64,000 nt of DNA from Bacteroidota bacterium (GCA_013289045.1 JABDAU010000002.1:28493-92492), one strand, 5' to 3'; shown: positions 28,722 to 39,921, numbered from the stretch's first letter. Notes: generated by a model from the sequence alone, not told the origin. Made by a program: numbers and translations.

Positions 28722-30851
28722 ATGAATGTAATTAAAAAAGTAATCGATTTAGGTGACGGCCGCACCATTGAGATCGAAACTGGTAAACTGGCCAAACAAG
28801 CTGATGGATCGGTAGTAATAAAAATGGGTGATACCATGTTATTGGCTACTGTAGTATCAAGCAAAGAAGCTAAAGAGGGCGTTGATTTTTTACCGCTTTC
28901 TGTTGATTACCAGGAAAAATACGCTGCAACAGGCCGTATCCCGGGTGGTTTTTTACGCCGCGAGGCACGTCTGTCAGACTACGAGGTATTGATCTCGCGT
29001 TTGGTCGACCGCGCATTGCGCCCAATGTTCCCTGAAGATTATCATGCTGATACACAGGTTATGATAACTTTAATATCAGCCGACAAAGACATCATGCCTG
29101 ATTGCTTAGCAGGTTTAGCTGCATCGGCAGCATTATCTGTTTCTGATATTCCATTTAATGGCCCTATATCAGAAGTTCGCGTAGCTAAAGTTGATGGTAA
29201 GTTAGTGATCAACCCTACTTTAAGCCAGTTAGCCAATTCAACTTTAGAATTTATAGTTGCAGGCAGCGAGCACGACATTAACATGGTTGAAGGTGAAAGT
29301 GCCGAGATACAGGAAGCTGAACTTGTTGAAGCTATAAAATTTGCACACGAGGCTATTAAAGTACAATGCTTTATACAAAAACAGCTAACTGCTGAAGTTG
29401 GTAAAACCGAGAAACGTGTTTACAGTCACGAGCATAGCAATGATGAGCTGGAGAAAGCTATTTATGCTGCTACTTATGATAAAGTTTACGCTATAGCTGC
29501 CGAAGCTTCTGCTAAAGAAGAACGTAGCGCTAAATTTAAGGCTGTGCGTGACGAATACATCGAAACTTTAGGCGAGATAGATGATGTTACCAAATTTCTG
29601 GCTAAAAAATACTATCACGATGTGGAGTATGATGCCATCCGTAATTTAGTATTAGACGAAGGTAAACGCCTTGATGGCCGTACCACTACGCAGATCCGCC
29701 CGATATGGAGCGAAGTAGGTTATTTACCTGCTGCTCACGGTTCGGCAATATTTACACGTGGCGAAACACAATCATTAACCACCGTTACCTTAGGCGCTAA
29801 GGATGATGAGCAGATGATTGACGGAGCGTTTATCAATGGTTACCAAAAATTCCTTTTACACTACAACTTCCCTGGTTTCTCAACCGGCGAGGTTCGCCCT
29901 AACAGGGGTGCCGGCCGTCGTGAGATCGGTCACGGTAACCTGGCTATGCGTTCATTGAAACGCGTATTGCCATCAGAAGATGAGAATCCATATGTTATCC
30001 GTGTGGTTTCTGATATCCTGGAATCAAATGGTTCATCATCAATGGCAACTGTTTGCGCCGGTACTTTGGCGCTGATGGATGCCGGCGTGAAGATCAGCAA
30101 CCCGGTATCAGGTATTGCAATGGGATTGATCACCAACGAAATGGGTACTAAATATGCCATTCTTTCGGATATATTAGGCGACGAAGACCACTTAGGTGAT
30201 ATGGACTTTAAAGTGACAGGTACTAAAAACGGTATTGTTGCTGTACAAATGGACTTGAAAATAAATGGCTTATCGTATGAGGTATTAACCAATGCGTTAA
30301 ACCAGGCTAAAGAAGGCCGTTTACATATCCTTGGCGAGATGGCTAAAACTATCTCAGGGCCGCGTGAGGATTACAAACCACATGCTCCACGCATTATCAC
30401 CCTTAAAATCGATAAAGAATTTATCGGTGCGGTTATCGGGCCCGGTGGCAAGATCATTCAGGAAATGCAACGCGAAACAGGTGCAACCATCAACATCGAA
30501 GAAGTTGGCAACCAGGGCGTAGTACAGATATTTGCCGATAACAAAGAAGCTATCGACAAAGCTGTTTCACGTATCCGTGCTATCGCTGCAAGGCCTGAAG
30601 TAGGCGAGGTCTACGAAGGTAAAGTGAAATCGATCATGCCGTTTGGTGCATTTATCGAGATCATGCCGGGTAAAGATGGCTTGTTGCACATTTCAGAGAT
30701 CGACCACAAACGATTCGAATCAATGGATGGTATCTTCCAGATCGGCGACGAAGTGCGTGTGAAATTGCTGGATATCGACAAGCAAGGCAAGTTTAAACTT
30801 TCACGCAAGGCATTATTGCCAAGGCCTGAAAAAACTGACGCGCCACAGTAA
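28722..30851 (+). CDS. pnp: Polyribonucleotide nucleotidyltransferase (PNPase)
   Basis: [39 protein letters not shown] and S1 domains; follows rpsO. Confidence 0.98.
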   Translation: MNVIKKVIDLGDGRTIEIETGKLAKQADGSVVIKMGDTMLLATVVSSKEAKEGVDFLPLSVDYQEKYAATGRIPGGFLRREARLSDYEVLISRLVDRALRPMFPEDYHADTQVMITLISADKDIMPDCLAGLAASAALSVSDIPFNGPISEVRVAKVDGKLVINPTLSQLANSTLEFIVAGSEHDINMVEGESAEIQEAELVEAIKFAHEAIKVQCFIQKQLTAEVGKTEKRVYSHEHSNDELEKAIYAATYDKVYAIAAEASAKEERSAKFKAVRDEYIETLGEIDDVTKFLAKKYYHDVEYDAIRNLVLDEGKRLDGRTTTQIRPIWSEVGYLPAAHGSAIFTRGETQSLTTVTLGAKDDEQMIDGAFINGYQKFLLHYNFPGFSTGEVRPNRGAGRREIGHGNLAMRSLKRVLPSEDENPYVIRVVSDILESNGSSSMATVCAGTLALMDAGVKISNPVSGIAMGLITNEMGTKYAILSDILGDEDHLGDMDFKVTGTKNGIVAVQMDLKINGLSYEVLTNALNQAKEGRLHILGEMAKTISGPREDYKPHAPRIITLKIDKEFIGAVIGPGGKIIQEMQRETGATINIEEVGNQGVVQIFADNKEAIDKAVSRIRAIAARPEVGEVYEGKVKSIMPFGAFIEIMPGKDGLLHISEIDHKRFESMDGIFQIGDEVRVKLLDIDKQGKFKLSRKALLPRPEKTDAPQ

Positions 30852-31002
30852 TAAGAATTTCTATAAGAAATATTTTTAAGCCCTCCTTGTGAGGGCTTTT
30901 CTTTTTTTTCATATTTTTTTCATAATTTTAAAACAAAAACCAAATGTTGCTATTTCTATCTACAGAATAGTTGCATACATGCCGAATCCGCTATTGAAAA
31001 CA

Positions 31003-31272
31003 ATGTCTACAAATGGAGATCCCTTGGATTTCCTCGATGATAGTCCGCAGGGGATAGGTGGTAATCCGCAAACCGACCTCATTCGCAAGCTATTATACGA
31101 GATCATGAGGGTTAAGGAATTAATAAAATACTACGACTCTATCCCCAATGGAGGCGGTAAACTCGGCTCCTCTATCCTCAGCGAGCTGGTATCAGAAGCA
31201 TATTCATCATTAGTTAATTATGATACTGTGTTGATGAAGAAATACTACGATTTATTGCAGAATTGCGATTAG
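31003..31272 (+). CDS. Small helical hypothetical protein
   Basis: 89-aa ORF after the pnp terminator; start uncertain (30979 or 31003). Confidence 0.6.
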   Translation: MSTNGDPLDFLDDSPQGIGGNPQTDLIRKLLYEIMRVKELIKYYDSIPNGGGKLGSSILSELVSEAYSSLVNYDTVLMKKYYDLLQNCD

Positions 31273-31306
31273 GGTATTTTTGAGTCCGGAAATATTTAAA
31301 CAACGA

Positions 31307-31440
31307 CGTCATGGCGAGGAACGAAGCCACCTCTGCGTTATCCATTCAACTAAACGATATTATCTTAAGTAACGTCATTTAATAAAATTTTACTACGTTG
31401 ATTTGCATGTGCAGAGATGGCTTCGTTCCTCGCCATGACG
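31307..31440. repeat. REP-doublet/MITE-like element with 30-bp terminal inverted repeats
   Basis: Arms 31307-31336 and 31411-31440 match 29/30. Confidence 0.85.
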
Positions 31441-31528
31441 GTCATGAAGCTACCTTAACATTTCTTACACAATACTTAACAATAATCCCGCTGATTTTTT
31501 ATTGTTTAGTGTTATCAATTAAACACTT

Positions 31529-32647
31529 ATGAATAGCCGCCGTCAATTTCTGCAAAAACTGGGTATATCAGCTTTAGCATTACAATTTGCTCCAAAGGTA
31601 TGGGCATCTCCAGCCGCCAAAAACATAAAAGTAAGCGATGGCAAAGTATTGCGTGTAGCCATAATGGGTCTCGGCAGTTATGGCACACGTGTAGCTGAAG
31701 CCATGCAAAGCTGTACCCGCGCTAAATTGGTCGGTTTGATTAGCGGCACACCTTCGAAGATCAAAGCCTGGCAAAGCAAATACGGTATCGCCGATAAAAA
31801 TTGCTATAACTACGAAAACTTCGACCAGATAAAAAATAACCCGGATATAGACGCGGTATATGTAATCACCCCAAATGCGCTACATCATGATGAAGTGATC
31901 CGTGTGGCAAAAGCCGGTAAGCATGTGATCTGTGAAAAGCCGATGGCTATAAACCCGCAGGAAGCGCAGGAAATGATAGACGCCTGCAATAAAGCCGGTG
32001 TGAAGCTGCTGGTTGGCTACCGCATGCATTTTGAGCCGCATACGCTGGAAGTGATCAGGATGCGCAAAGCCGGAGAACTGGGTAAGATCAGGTTTTTCCA
32101 GGGATTGAGCGGTTTTACCATGGGCGGCGATCCTAACCAATGGCGGCTAAATAAGGCGCTTTCGGGTGGCGGGTCGATGATGGATATCGGTATCTATTCA
32201 GTGAATGGCTCGAGATATATGGTGGGAGAAGATCCTACCTGGGTCACCGCGCAGGAAACCAAAACCGATACGGTAAAATTCAAAGAAGGTATAGACGAGA
32301 CCATCCAGTTCCAGATGGGATTCCCGAGCGGCGTGGTGGCCTCGTGCCTGTCCACCTACAATATGAACAGCCTCGACCGTTTTTTCCTCGATGGCGAAAA
32401 AGGCTATGCTGAAATGTATCCCGCAACAAACTACGGCCCTATACAAGGCCGCACTAATAAAGGCGAGCTTAATCAACCCATAACCATCCACCAGGCAGTG
32501 CAGATGGACGAAATGGCCGCGATCATCTTCGATGGCAAACAGCCTGAAGTACCCGTAGATGGCTACGAGGCTTTAAAAGATCTAAAGATAGTTGCTGCGA
32601 TATATGAAGCGGCGAGAACAGGGAAGAAGGTGGAGATTGCAATATAG
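31529..32647 (+). CDS. Gfo/Idh/MocA oxidoreductase (GFOR-like) with Tat signal
   Basis: SRRQFL Tat motif, GLGSYG, CEKPMA, GGGSMMDIGIY. Confidence 0.93.
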   Translation: MNSRRQFLQKLGISALALQFAPKVWASPAAKNIKVSDGKVLRVAIMGLGSYGTRVAEAMQSCTRAKLVGLISGTPSKIKAWQSKYGIADKNCYNYENFDQIKNNPDIDAVYVITPNALHHDEVIRVAKAGKHVICEKPMAINPQEAQEMIDACNKAGVKLLVGYRMHFEPHTLEVIRMRKAGELGKIRFFQGLSGFTMGGDPNQWRLNKALSGGGSMMDIGIYSVNGSRYMVGEDPTWVTAQETKTDTVKFKEGIDETIQFQMGFPSGVVASCLSTYNMNSLDRFFLDGEKGYAEMYPATNYGPIQGRTNKGELNQPITIHQAVQMDEMAAIIFDGKQPEVPVDGYEALKDLKIVAAIYEAARTGKKVEIAI

Positions 32648-32677
32648 TCCGAAAGACCGAAAGCACAATCAACCATT

Positions 32678-32776
32678 AACTTACGAAGTTTTTAAAACTT
32701 CGTAAGTTTGGCGTATCAAATAGATGGTCGAATCTCCGTGTTAAAAACTTACGAAATTTTTAAAATTTCGTAAGTT
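32678..32776. repeat. Doublet of 31-bp palindromes (AACTTACGAARTTTT-T-AAAAYTTCGTAAGTT), REP-like
   Basis: Perfect 15-bp-arm palindromes at 32678-32708 and 32746-32776. Confidence 0.85.
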
Positions 32777-32916
32777 AATATCAGTATGAAAAGCTTGGTA
32801 AGATATAATTACAGGCATTTACTTTTTTTTAGATCACGGAAATCTTTTAATCCGTTTAATCCTGGTTGAGAACTTTTTCTTGCACCCAACGCAACTAATA
32901 TCCTATATTTGACGGC

Positions 32917-33585
32917 ATGAGCCACCTAGTAGCACCATCCATATTAGCTGCCGATTTTGCCAATTTGCAGCGGGATGTTGAGATGCTGAACAAAAGCGAA
33001 GCAGACTGGCTGCATGTGGACATTATGGATGGCATGTTCGTGCCAAACCTATCTTTCGGCCTGCCGGTAGTAAAAGCCATCAAGAAGCACGCGCTGAAGC
33101 CGCTTGACGTTCACCTGATGATCGTCGATCCGGATCGTTACCTGAAAGATTTTCGTGACGCAGGCGCAGACAGGATAACGGTACATTACGAAGTATGCCC
33201 GAATCTCCATCGTACTATCCAGGTAATAAAAGAGCTGGGTTGCAAAGCTTGCGTGGCCATTAATCCGCATACGCCTGTGCTGGTGTTGGAAGATATTATC
33301 GCCGACCTGGATATGGTGTTGATCATGTCGGTAAATCCGGGCTTTGGCGGCCAAAAGTTCATCCAGAATACTTACAAGAAATTCAACGACCTCAATAAAC
33401 TCAGATCTCAATACAACCCTCAGCTGCTTGCAGAAGTTGATGGTGGTGTGGACATTGGTAACGCAGCAAAACTTTACGCTGCCGGCGCTAATGTTCTGGT
33501 AGCAGGAAACGCCGTTTTCTCAGCGCCCGATCCTACACAATATATTACTGAGTTGAAGCACGCGGTAACGGTCTCGCAGGCCTGA
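32917..33585 (+). CDS. rpe: Ribulose-phosphate 3-epimerase
   Basis: APSILAADF, HVDIMDG, MSVNPGFGGQ, EVDGG. Confidence 0.97.
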   Translation: MSHLVAPSILAADFANLQRDVEMLNKSEADWLHVDIMDGMFVPNLSFGLPVVKAIKKHALKPLDVHLMIVDPDRYLKDFRDAGADRITVHYEVCPNLHRTIQVIKELGCKACVAINPHTPVLVLEDIIADLDMVLIMSVNPGFGGQKFIQNTYKKFNDLNKLRSQYNPQLLAEVDGGVDIGNAAKLYAAGANVLVAGNAVFSAPDPTQYITELKHAVTVSQA

Positions 33586-33764
33586 TCACAATTAATCATT
33601 TTAGCTGGCTGTAATTAGCAGGGCAAAATTGTCCTATGTTAATTAATTGCACATTAATTGAAAAAAAAGCAAATAAAATCTATATAATTTATCAAATTAA
33701 CTAACTTCGGCGCATCTAAATATGAAGTTGTTAACGAGATATTTAGCTATAAATCACAAATAAA

Positions 33765-34832
33765 ATGAAACATAATTTTGGTGCCGGACCAGGCATTTTA
33801 CCTCACGAGGTTTTCAAACAGGCAGCAGCCGGTGTGTTAGATTTTAACGGGACAGGTTTATCTATCCTCGAGATCTCGCACCGTTCGCCGGAGTTTGAAG
33901 GTGTGCTGGACGAGGCTGTGAAATTGGTAAAGGAACTGCTCGAAGTTCCGGAAGGTTACTCTGTATTGTTTTTACAAGGCGGCGCAAGCATGCAGTTTGC
34001 CATGGTGCCTTATAACCTGCTGCCGGATGGTGGTAAAGCTGCATACCTTGAGTCGGGTGTGTGGGCTAACAAGGCTTTAAAAGAAGCGAAATATTTTGGC
34101 GAGGTTGAAATTGCCGCTACTTCAAAAGAAAGCAATTTTACTTACATCCCTAAGGATTTTACTATCCCTGCGGATGCGGCCTATTTCCATATCACATCAA
34201 ATAATACCATTTACGGTACGCAACTGCAGAAGTTTTTCCCGTCGCCGATACCGGTTGTTGCAGATATGTCGTCAGATATTTTCAGCCGCAAGATCAATGT
34301 TGCCGATTTTGGTTTGATCTATGCCGGTGCGCAAAAAAATATGGGCCCTGCGGGCGCTACATTGGTGATTGTTAAGGATGAGATATTGGGCAAATCAGGT
34401 CGCAAAATACCTGCTATGCTCAACTACCAAACGCAGATAGAAGGTGGTTCAATGTATAATACCCCGCCCGTATTCGCTATTTATGTGTGCATGCTTACGC
34501 TTAACTGGCTGAAATCAAAAGGCGGCGTTGCTGAGATAGAAAAAGAAAACGATGCCAAGGCGAGGGTTCTTTACGAAGAAATTGAACGCAACCCGATATT
34601 CAAACCTGTTGCTGCAACGGAAGACCGCTCAAAAATGAATGTTTGCTTCGTGGTAAACAATCCTGAGCATGAAAAACCATTCCTGAAATTGGCCGAAGAA
34701 AAAGGCATAGTTGGCATAAAAGGCCACAGGAGCGTAGGCGGTTTCAGGGCATCTATTTACAACGCATTGCCTATAACCAGCGTTTACGTACTGATTGATG
34801 CAATGCAGGAATTTGCGGAGAAAAATAAATAA
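33765..34832 (+). CDS. serC: Phosphoserine aminotransferase
   Basis: NFGAGP, SHRS, YAGAQKN, NTPP, GHRSVGG. Confidence 0.97.
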   Translation: MKHNFGAGPGILPHEVFKQAAAGVLDFNGTGLSILEISHRSPEFEGVLDEAVKLVKELLEVPEGYSVLFLQGGASMQFAMVPYNLLPDGGKAAYLESGVWANKALKEAKYFGEVEIAATSKESNFTYIPKDFTIPADAAYFHITSNNTIYGTQLQKFFPSPIPVVADMSSDIFSRKINVADFGLIYAGAQKNMGPAGATLVIVKDEILGKSGRKIPAMLNYQTQIEGGSMYNTPPVFAIYVCMLTLNWLKSKGGVAEIEKENDAKARVLYEEIERNPIFKPVAATEDRSKMNVCFVVNNPEHEKPFLKLAEEKGIVGIKGHRSVGGFRASIYNALPITSVYVLIDAMQEFAEKNK

Positions 34833-34837
34833 GTTTT

Positions 34838-34919
34838 AGAGATTAGAGACTGGAGATCAGAGATTAGGTAAGACCCAATCCTGAAGCTACTAATCTCTAA
34901 TCTCCAGTCTCTAATCTCT
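34838..34919. repeat. Inverted pair of (AGAGATT)-type heptamer tandem arrays
   Basis: 30-nt arms 34838-34867 and 34890-34919 match 29/30. Confidence 0.85.
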
Positions 34920-34928
34920 TTTATAAAA

Positions 34929-35879
34929 ATGAAAATATTAGCTAACGACGGTATCGACCCTATAGGCAAAAAAATGCTTGAAGATGCCGGTTTTATTGTA
35001 GATACAACCAATATACCGCAGGATGAATTACCTGTGAAATTGCAGGCTTACGATGCCATTACCGTGCGCAGCGCAACTAAAGTGCGTAAAGCTTTGATCG
35101 ACGCTTGTCCTAATCTTAAGCTGGTAGGTCGCGGCGGCGTGGGTGTGGATAACATCGACGTGGATTATGCCAAAGAAAAAGGATTAGCTGTTTATAATAC
35201 ACCTGCTTCATCCTCATTATCAGTTGCCGAACTGGTTTTCGCGCAGTTATTCGGCTGTGTTCGTTTCCTGCCTGACAGTAACCGTAAAATGCCGGTTGAG
35301 GGCAACGCCAGGTTTAACGACCTGAAAAAAGCTTATGCCAAAGGTGTTGAGCTGCGTGGCAAGACTTTAGGTATCGTTGGTTTTGGCCGTATCGGCCGCG
35401 AGGTGGCTAAGATCGCTATAGGTGTGGGTATGGATGTGCTGGCCTATGACCTGAATCCATTTAATCCTGAACTGGAGCTTACTTTAGGCGGTGGCATTAA
35501 AGTAAAAGCAACTGTTAAATCGGCTTCGCTGGAAGAGATCATCAAAACTGCTGATTTCATTACCCTGCATACGCCATTTGTTGACAAAGCGCTGATCGGC
35601 GCCGAGGAACTGGCGCAGATGAAAAAAGGCGTTGGCCTGGTAAACATCTCACGCGGTGGTTTAATAGACGAACTGGCTTTAGTAGATGCATTAAACAGCG
35701 GACAGGTATCCTTTGCGGCATTGGACGTATTTGATAATGAGCCAACACCTCGTGAAGAGATTCTTACACATCCCAAAATATCGCTAACGCCGCACATCGG
35801 CGCTGCTACGAACGAAGCGCAGGAGCGGATAGGGGTTGAGCTGGCAAGTTTGATCATCGATCACTTTAAGGCGAACTGA
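34929..35879 (+). CDS. serA: D-3-phosphoglycerate dehydrogenase (short form, no ACT domain)
   Basis: RGGVGVDNID, GIVGFGRIG, TPHIGAAT; follows serC. Confidence 0.9.
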   Translation: MKILANDGIDPIGKKMLEDAGFIVDTTNIPQDELPVKLQAYDAITVRSATKVRKALIDACPNLKLVGRGGVGVDNIDVDYAKEKGLAVYNTPASSSLSVAELVFAQLFGCVRFLPDSNRKMPVEGNARFNDLKKAYAKGVELRGKTLGIVGFGRIGREVAKIAIGVGMDVLAYDLNPFNPELELTLGGGIKVKATVKSASLEEIIKTADFITLHTPFVDKALIGAEELAQMKKGVGLVNISRGGLIDELALVDALNSGQVSFAALDVFDNEPTPREEILTHPKISLTPHIGAATNEAQERIGVELASLIIDHFKAN

Positions 35880-35907
35880 TTTTACGTCAGCTTTAGTGGA
35901 AATATAG

Positions 35908-35942
35908 AATGCTTCTCTGCGTAAACGGAGAAGCATTTTTTT
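35908..35942 (+). terminator. Intrinsic terminator
   Basis: AATGCTTCTC...GAGAAGCATT followed by T-run. Confidence 0.75.
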
Positions 35943-35964
35943 GTAGGGTCTTCACAATCAATTG

Positions 35965-37359
35965 CTACAATATATATGTCACACCCTTTTCGGGTATCAC
36001 CACATGATAACCTTCAAACTCCAGGTCATTGGCAAATGCCTGCATGCTTTCCGCCTCACCATGTACCAGGAACACTTTTTTAAGCTTTGACTGATCCTGG
36101 TTCCTGACGATTCCCATCAGATCGTCATGATCGCCGTGGGCGCTAAGCACGTCGGTTTGTTTAATAGTGGCGTACACGGAAAGATCGCGGTCTTTTATAT
36201 GTACGATAGGGTCGCCGCGTAACAAACGGTGTCCCAGTGTCCCTTTTGCACAATAGCCGATGAACAGGATGGTGCAGTAGTAATTTTGGATGTTATAAAA
36301 AAGGTGATCCTGGATACGGCCGCCTTCCAGCATGCCCGCTGATGATATGATAATACACGGCTCCCAATAATTGGAAACCTGCCGGCTGTCCTTCAATGTC
36401 TCTACATAGGTGAGGTTATCAAACTCGAATTCATCACCCTGGCGGCGATAAAACTCCTGCGCTTCCTCGTTTACCATGTTATGGTATTTACGAAAGATCT
36501 CAGTCGCCATACTGGCCATTGGGCTATCCACAAAAACCTTTACAGGGGGTAGCAACTTGCTGGTGAATATCTTATTCAAAGCGAAAACCAGCGACTGCGT
36601 ACGGCCGATGCTAAATGCCGGAATGATCAACCGGCCCTGTTCTTTAATACAGCATTTTTCTATCACTTCAACCAGCGTTTCCTCTACAGATTTGCCCCGG
36701 GTATGATTTCTGCCGCCATAGGTAGATTCCGTTACCAGGAAATCGACCTGCGGCAATGGTTCCGGATCATTTAAAACAGGATAATTTTTACGGCCGATAT
36801 CGCCGGTAAAGGCAATAGATTTTTGAACGCCGTTCTCATTTATTTTGAATACTGCAGCCGCTGCACCTAATAAGTGGCCAACAGGCACAAATGTCAATTC
36901 AATATCGCCGTTAATGCGGAAAGGTTTATTAAATCCGATAGTTACAAAACGCTCAACCGTATCCATCACATGCTTGTGAAGGTATAAGGGTTGGTTACTG
37001 CCGCTACCGTATTTATTTTTGCTGTGTTTGTTGCGCTTTTGAGTCTTGTTCATAAAGATGCTCACCGAGTCGAGCATCAACAGTTCAGAAAGATCGGCAG
37101 TAGGTGGGGTACAAAGGATCTGTCCGTCAAAACCCATACGGATAAGCGTGGGCAGATTACCGGAATGATCGATATGCGCGTGTGTTAGCACCACCACATC
37201 TATATCGGTAGGGTCAAAAGGAAAATTCTCGTTTGATTGTATGCTGCGTTCCTTCTCATAATCCAACCCGCAGTCTATCAGTATTTTGTATTGGTCAACC
37301 TCAAGCAAATGCATACTCCCGGTTACCTGACGGGCCGCCCCGTGTATAGTCAATTTCAT
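35965..37359 (-). CDS. MBL-fold beta-CASP ribonuclease (Ysh1-like)
   Basis: THAHIDHSG, GHLLG, ESTYG, SAHGD, LVHGE. Confidence 0.93.
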   Translation of the reverse strand: MKLTIHGAARQVTGSMHLLEVDQYKILIDCGLDYEKERSIQSNENFPFDPTDIDVVVLTHAHIDHSGNLPTLIRMGFDGQILCTPPTADLSELLMLDSVSIFMNKTQKRNKHSKNKYGSGSNQPLYLHKHVMDTVERFVTIGFNKPFRINGDIELTFVPVGHLLGAAAAVFKINENGVQKSIAFTGDIGRKNYPVLNDPEPLPQVDFLVTESTYGGRNHTRGKSVEETLVEVIEKCCIKEQGRLIIPAFSIGRTQSLVFALNKIFTSKLLPPVKVFVDSPMASMATEIFRKYHNMVNEEAQEFYRRQGDEFEFDNLTYVETLKDSRQVSNYWEPCIIISSAGMLEGGRIQDHLFYNIQNYYCTILFIGYCAKGTLGHRLLRGDPIVHIKDRDLSVYATIKQTDVLSAHGDHDDLMGIVRNQDQSKLKKVFLVHGEAESMQAFANDLEFEGYHVVIPEKGVTYIL

Positions 37360-37369
37360 CTTAATCAGA

Positions 37370-37467
37370 AGCCCCCCGGCCCCCTGAAGGGGGAGTAATT
37401 AAATTTGTTCGCAGTTCAAGGCGCCGATGAACTGTTTAAGTTTCCCCTTTAGGGGGGTTAGGGGGCT
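37370..37467. repeat. G/C-run REP-like inverted element (CCCCCTRAAGGGG family)
   Basis: AGCCCCCCGGCCCCCTGAAGGGGGAG ... TTCCCCTTTAGGGGGGTTAGGGGGCT. Confidence 0.75.
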
Positions 37468-37987
37468 ACTTATTCTTTTTAACAAATATCCTCCTCAGCA
37501 GGAAGAGTATTACTACAATTAATCCAACAATGATAATCATTGCCGTTTGCGCCTTCTTTTGGCGTTCCTGTTCGGCTATCTCGGCGTCATGTTGCAGCTT
37601 TTGGTTTTGCATGCGCAGTTTATTGATCTCGCCCATAAAACCAATATTGCTGCTGTCGGCCTGTGTGGAGCGTACCTCAACCTGTTTTTGCTGAAAGGTA
37701 CGGTAATCTAAAAGCACCTTTAATTGCTGTAAGATATCATCATCAGTCTTTACAATATTCATCAAAATATCATTCGAGTTGCGGATATCTTTTTTGGTTT
37801 GCAGGCCAAAAATGCCGGTGTGCATGTTAAGGCTCTGGTCGTACTCGCCAAATTTTTGCCGGCGCATGTCCAGCATGCCGTTTATCTTTTTGCGCTGTAA
37901 TTGATAGGCAAGCGAATCGGTGTTTGCCTGTGCGAAAACATTTATAGTGCAAAGTATAAATAAAGCAAGTAGTAATCTCTTTTTCAT
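37466..37987 (-). CDS. Hypothetical protein: signal peptide, coiled coil, C-terminal TM anchor
   Basis: MKKRLLLAL signal peptide; C-terminal hydrophobic helix followed by basic tail. Confidence 0.8.
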   Translation of the reverse strand: MKKRLLLALFILCTINVFAQANTDSLAYQLQRKKINGMLDMRRQKFGEYDQSLNMHTGIFGLQTKKDIRNSNDILMNIVKTDDDILQQLKVLLDYRTFQQKQVEVRSTQADSSNIGFMGEINKLRMQNQKLQHDAEIAEQERQKKAQTAMIIIVGLIVVILFLLRRIFVKKNK

Positions 37988-37991
37988 GTTG

Positions 37992-38771
37992 TTATCCTTC
38001 AAAATCAAGCATCACGCTGTCGCCTATATTCAGGCCAAGCAGTCCGCTTGCGTTACCTTTATTGATGGCAATTTCAAGGTGGTCGCTTATGCCGAACAGG
38101 CATAGTTTTTCGCCTTCAGGCACCTCGTTGTAATGCCAGCTCAGGTTGTTTATTGTTTCATTTCGCTTAAAATACAAAATAAAACGACGACCGCGCTGCA
38201 CATTGTTAAAAAACTCTTTTGTGATATTGGTGATCACGTTCTGGAACGAATCGATATAGATAACCGAGCCTTTGATCTGGTTCCTGTCTATCACCGGCTG
38301 CAGGTTCATTTTTTTCTGTATATCGCTCACCGGGATGCCTATCTGAGTGAGTTTGCCGCCCTCCGCCAAATGGCATGCCGCACGCACAAAAATATCCGCC
38401 AATGGGAAATGCAGAAACTTCAGGTCCTGCATAATAGTTATTTCCACCACCTCATCCGGCTCGGCATTAAACATTAATGAAAAGATGCCGTTATCGGCCC
38501 CAACGAAATAGTGATTGCGGTACCTGATAGCGAGGTATTTGGTAGAATTATTGAACACCGTATCGATACCGATGAGATGCACCGTGGCATCGGGGAAATA
38601 ATGAAAACTATTTTTTAAAATGAATGCTGCTTGTTGTACATTGAACGGCGAAATACTATTGGTAATATCGACCACATTAACCGTGGGCAGCAGCTTAAAA
38701 ATGCTGCCCTTGAGCGCCGCAAGGTATATGTCCTTGTCGCCCAAATCGGTAGTTAATGTTATTATTGCCAT
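37992..38771 (-). CDS. SAM hydroxide adenosyltransferase / chlorinase-fluorinase family (DUF62)
   Basis: IITLTTDLG, FVGADNG, YIDSFQNVITN, LEIAINKG. Confidence 0.9.
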   Translation of the reverse strand: MAIITLTTDLGDKDIYLAALKGSIFKLLPTVNVVDITNSISPFNVQQAAFILKNSFHYFPDATVHLIGIDTVFNNSTKYLAIRYRNHYFVGADNGIFSLMFNAEPDEVVEITIMQDLKFLHFPLADIFVRAACHLAEGGKLTQIGIPVSDIQKKMNLQPVIDRNQIKGSVIYIDSFQNVITNITKEFFNNVQRGRRFILYFKRNETINNLSWHYNEVPEGEKLCLFGISDHLEIAINKGNASGLLGLNIGDSVMLDFEG

Positions 38772-38874
38772 TAATATTTCAAAAATTTATTGCTAACCTT
38801 GTGCAAAGCAAAGTAAGCTGCAAATATTAAATTTTTAATTCATAAAAATCCGCAACTAACAAAATCAATTTCGT

Positions 38875-39831
38875 TTGAACGAACTTAAATTATCCATTGA
38901 AAACATAAACCCGGCAGTGCTTTGGGGGCCAAATAATGAGCATTTCGAGATCATTAAGAAGCAATATCCAAAGCTAAAAATTGTGGCCCGGGGGAATGAT
39001 GTGAAAGTGTTGGGCGATGACCAGGAACTCCATATTTTCCAGGAAAGGTTTAACCACCTGGTAAACCACGTAGAAAAATTCGATAGCCTGAATATTACCG
39101 ATATTGAGCGCATATTGGGCGCTAAGGCATCCCTGACTCCCATAGCTGACCCTGCAAGCGATAAAACCACGGGTGAGGTGATCGTATTCGGCCCGAACGG
39201 TATTATGGTGAAGGCACGTACAGCTAACCAGCGCAGGATGGTGGATACCATTTTAAAAAATGACATTCTTTTTGCGATAGGTCCGGCAGGTACCGGTAAA
39301 ACTTATACTGCAGTTGCGCTTGCTGTTCGTGCATTGAAGAATAAAGAGATCAAACGAATTATTCTTACCCGCCCGGCTGTTGAAGCAGGGGAGAACCTCG
39401 GCTTTTTGCCCGGCGACCTGAAGGAAAAGATCGACCCATACCTGCGCCCGTTATACGATGCGCTGGATGACATGATCCCTGCTGAAAAGCTTAAGCTATA
39501 CCTGGAGAACAGGACGATAGAAATAGCCCCGCTGGCCTTTATGCGCGGCCGTACGCTGGATAACTGCTTTGTGATATTGGATGAGGCGCAAAACGCTACC
39601 GACATGCAATTGAAGATGTTCCTGACCCGTATGGGCCCATCGGCAAAATTCATCGTTACCGGCGACGTAACGCAAATAGATTTGCCTAAAAAACAGCAAT
39701 CAGGCCTGCATACGGCATTAAGGATTTTAACAGACATAAAAGGAATTGACATTATATATCTCACGGGCGAAGACGTGGTAAGACATAAGCTTGTACGGAA
39801 GATTTTGGCCGCTTACGGGGATATACAATAG
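38875..39831 (+). CDS. phoH: PhoH-like ATPase (YbeZ type)
   Basis: GPAGTGKT, RPAVEAGE.LGFLPG, DEAQN, DVVRH; TTG start. Confidence 0.95.
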   Translation: MNELKLSIENINPAVLWGPNNEHFEIIKKQYPKLKIVARGNDVKVLGDDQELHIFQERFNHLVNHVEKFDSLNITDIERILGAKASLTPIADPASDKTTGEVIVFGPNGIMVKARTANQRRMVDTILKNDILFAIGPAGTGKTYTAVALAVRALKNKEIKRIILTRPAVEAGENLGFLPGDLKEKIDPYLRPLYDALDDMIPAEKLKLYLENRTIEIAPLAFMRGRTLDNCFVILDEAQNATDMQLKMFLTRMGPSAKFIVTGDVTQIDLPKKQQSGLHTALRILTDIKGIDIIYLTGEDVVRHKLVRKILAAYGDIQ

Positions 39832-39842
39832 GTTTTAGAGAA

Positions 39843-39911
39843 TAGAGATTGGAGATTAGAGATTAGTAAAACTATGATCGGGAGCTCCTAATCTCTGATC
39901 TCCAATCTCTA
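39843..39911. repeat. Inverted pair of (AGAGATT)-type heptamer arrays, second copy
   Basis: 24-nt arms match 23/24; same unit as 34838-34919. Confidence 0.85.
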
Positions 39912-39921
39912 ATTAACTAAC

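Noticed and set aside
32678-32776. Mini CRISPR array
   Set aside because: Only two fully palindromic units, no cas genes or leader; fits a REP doublet.
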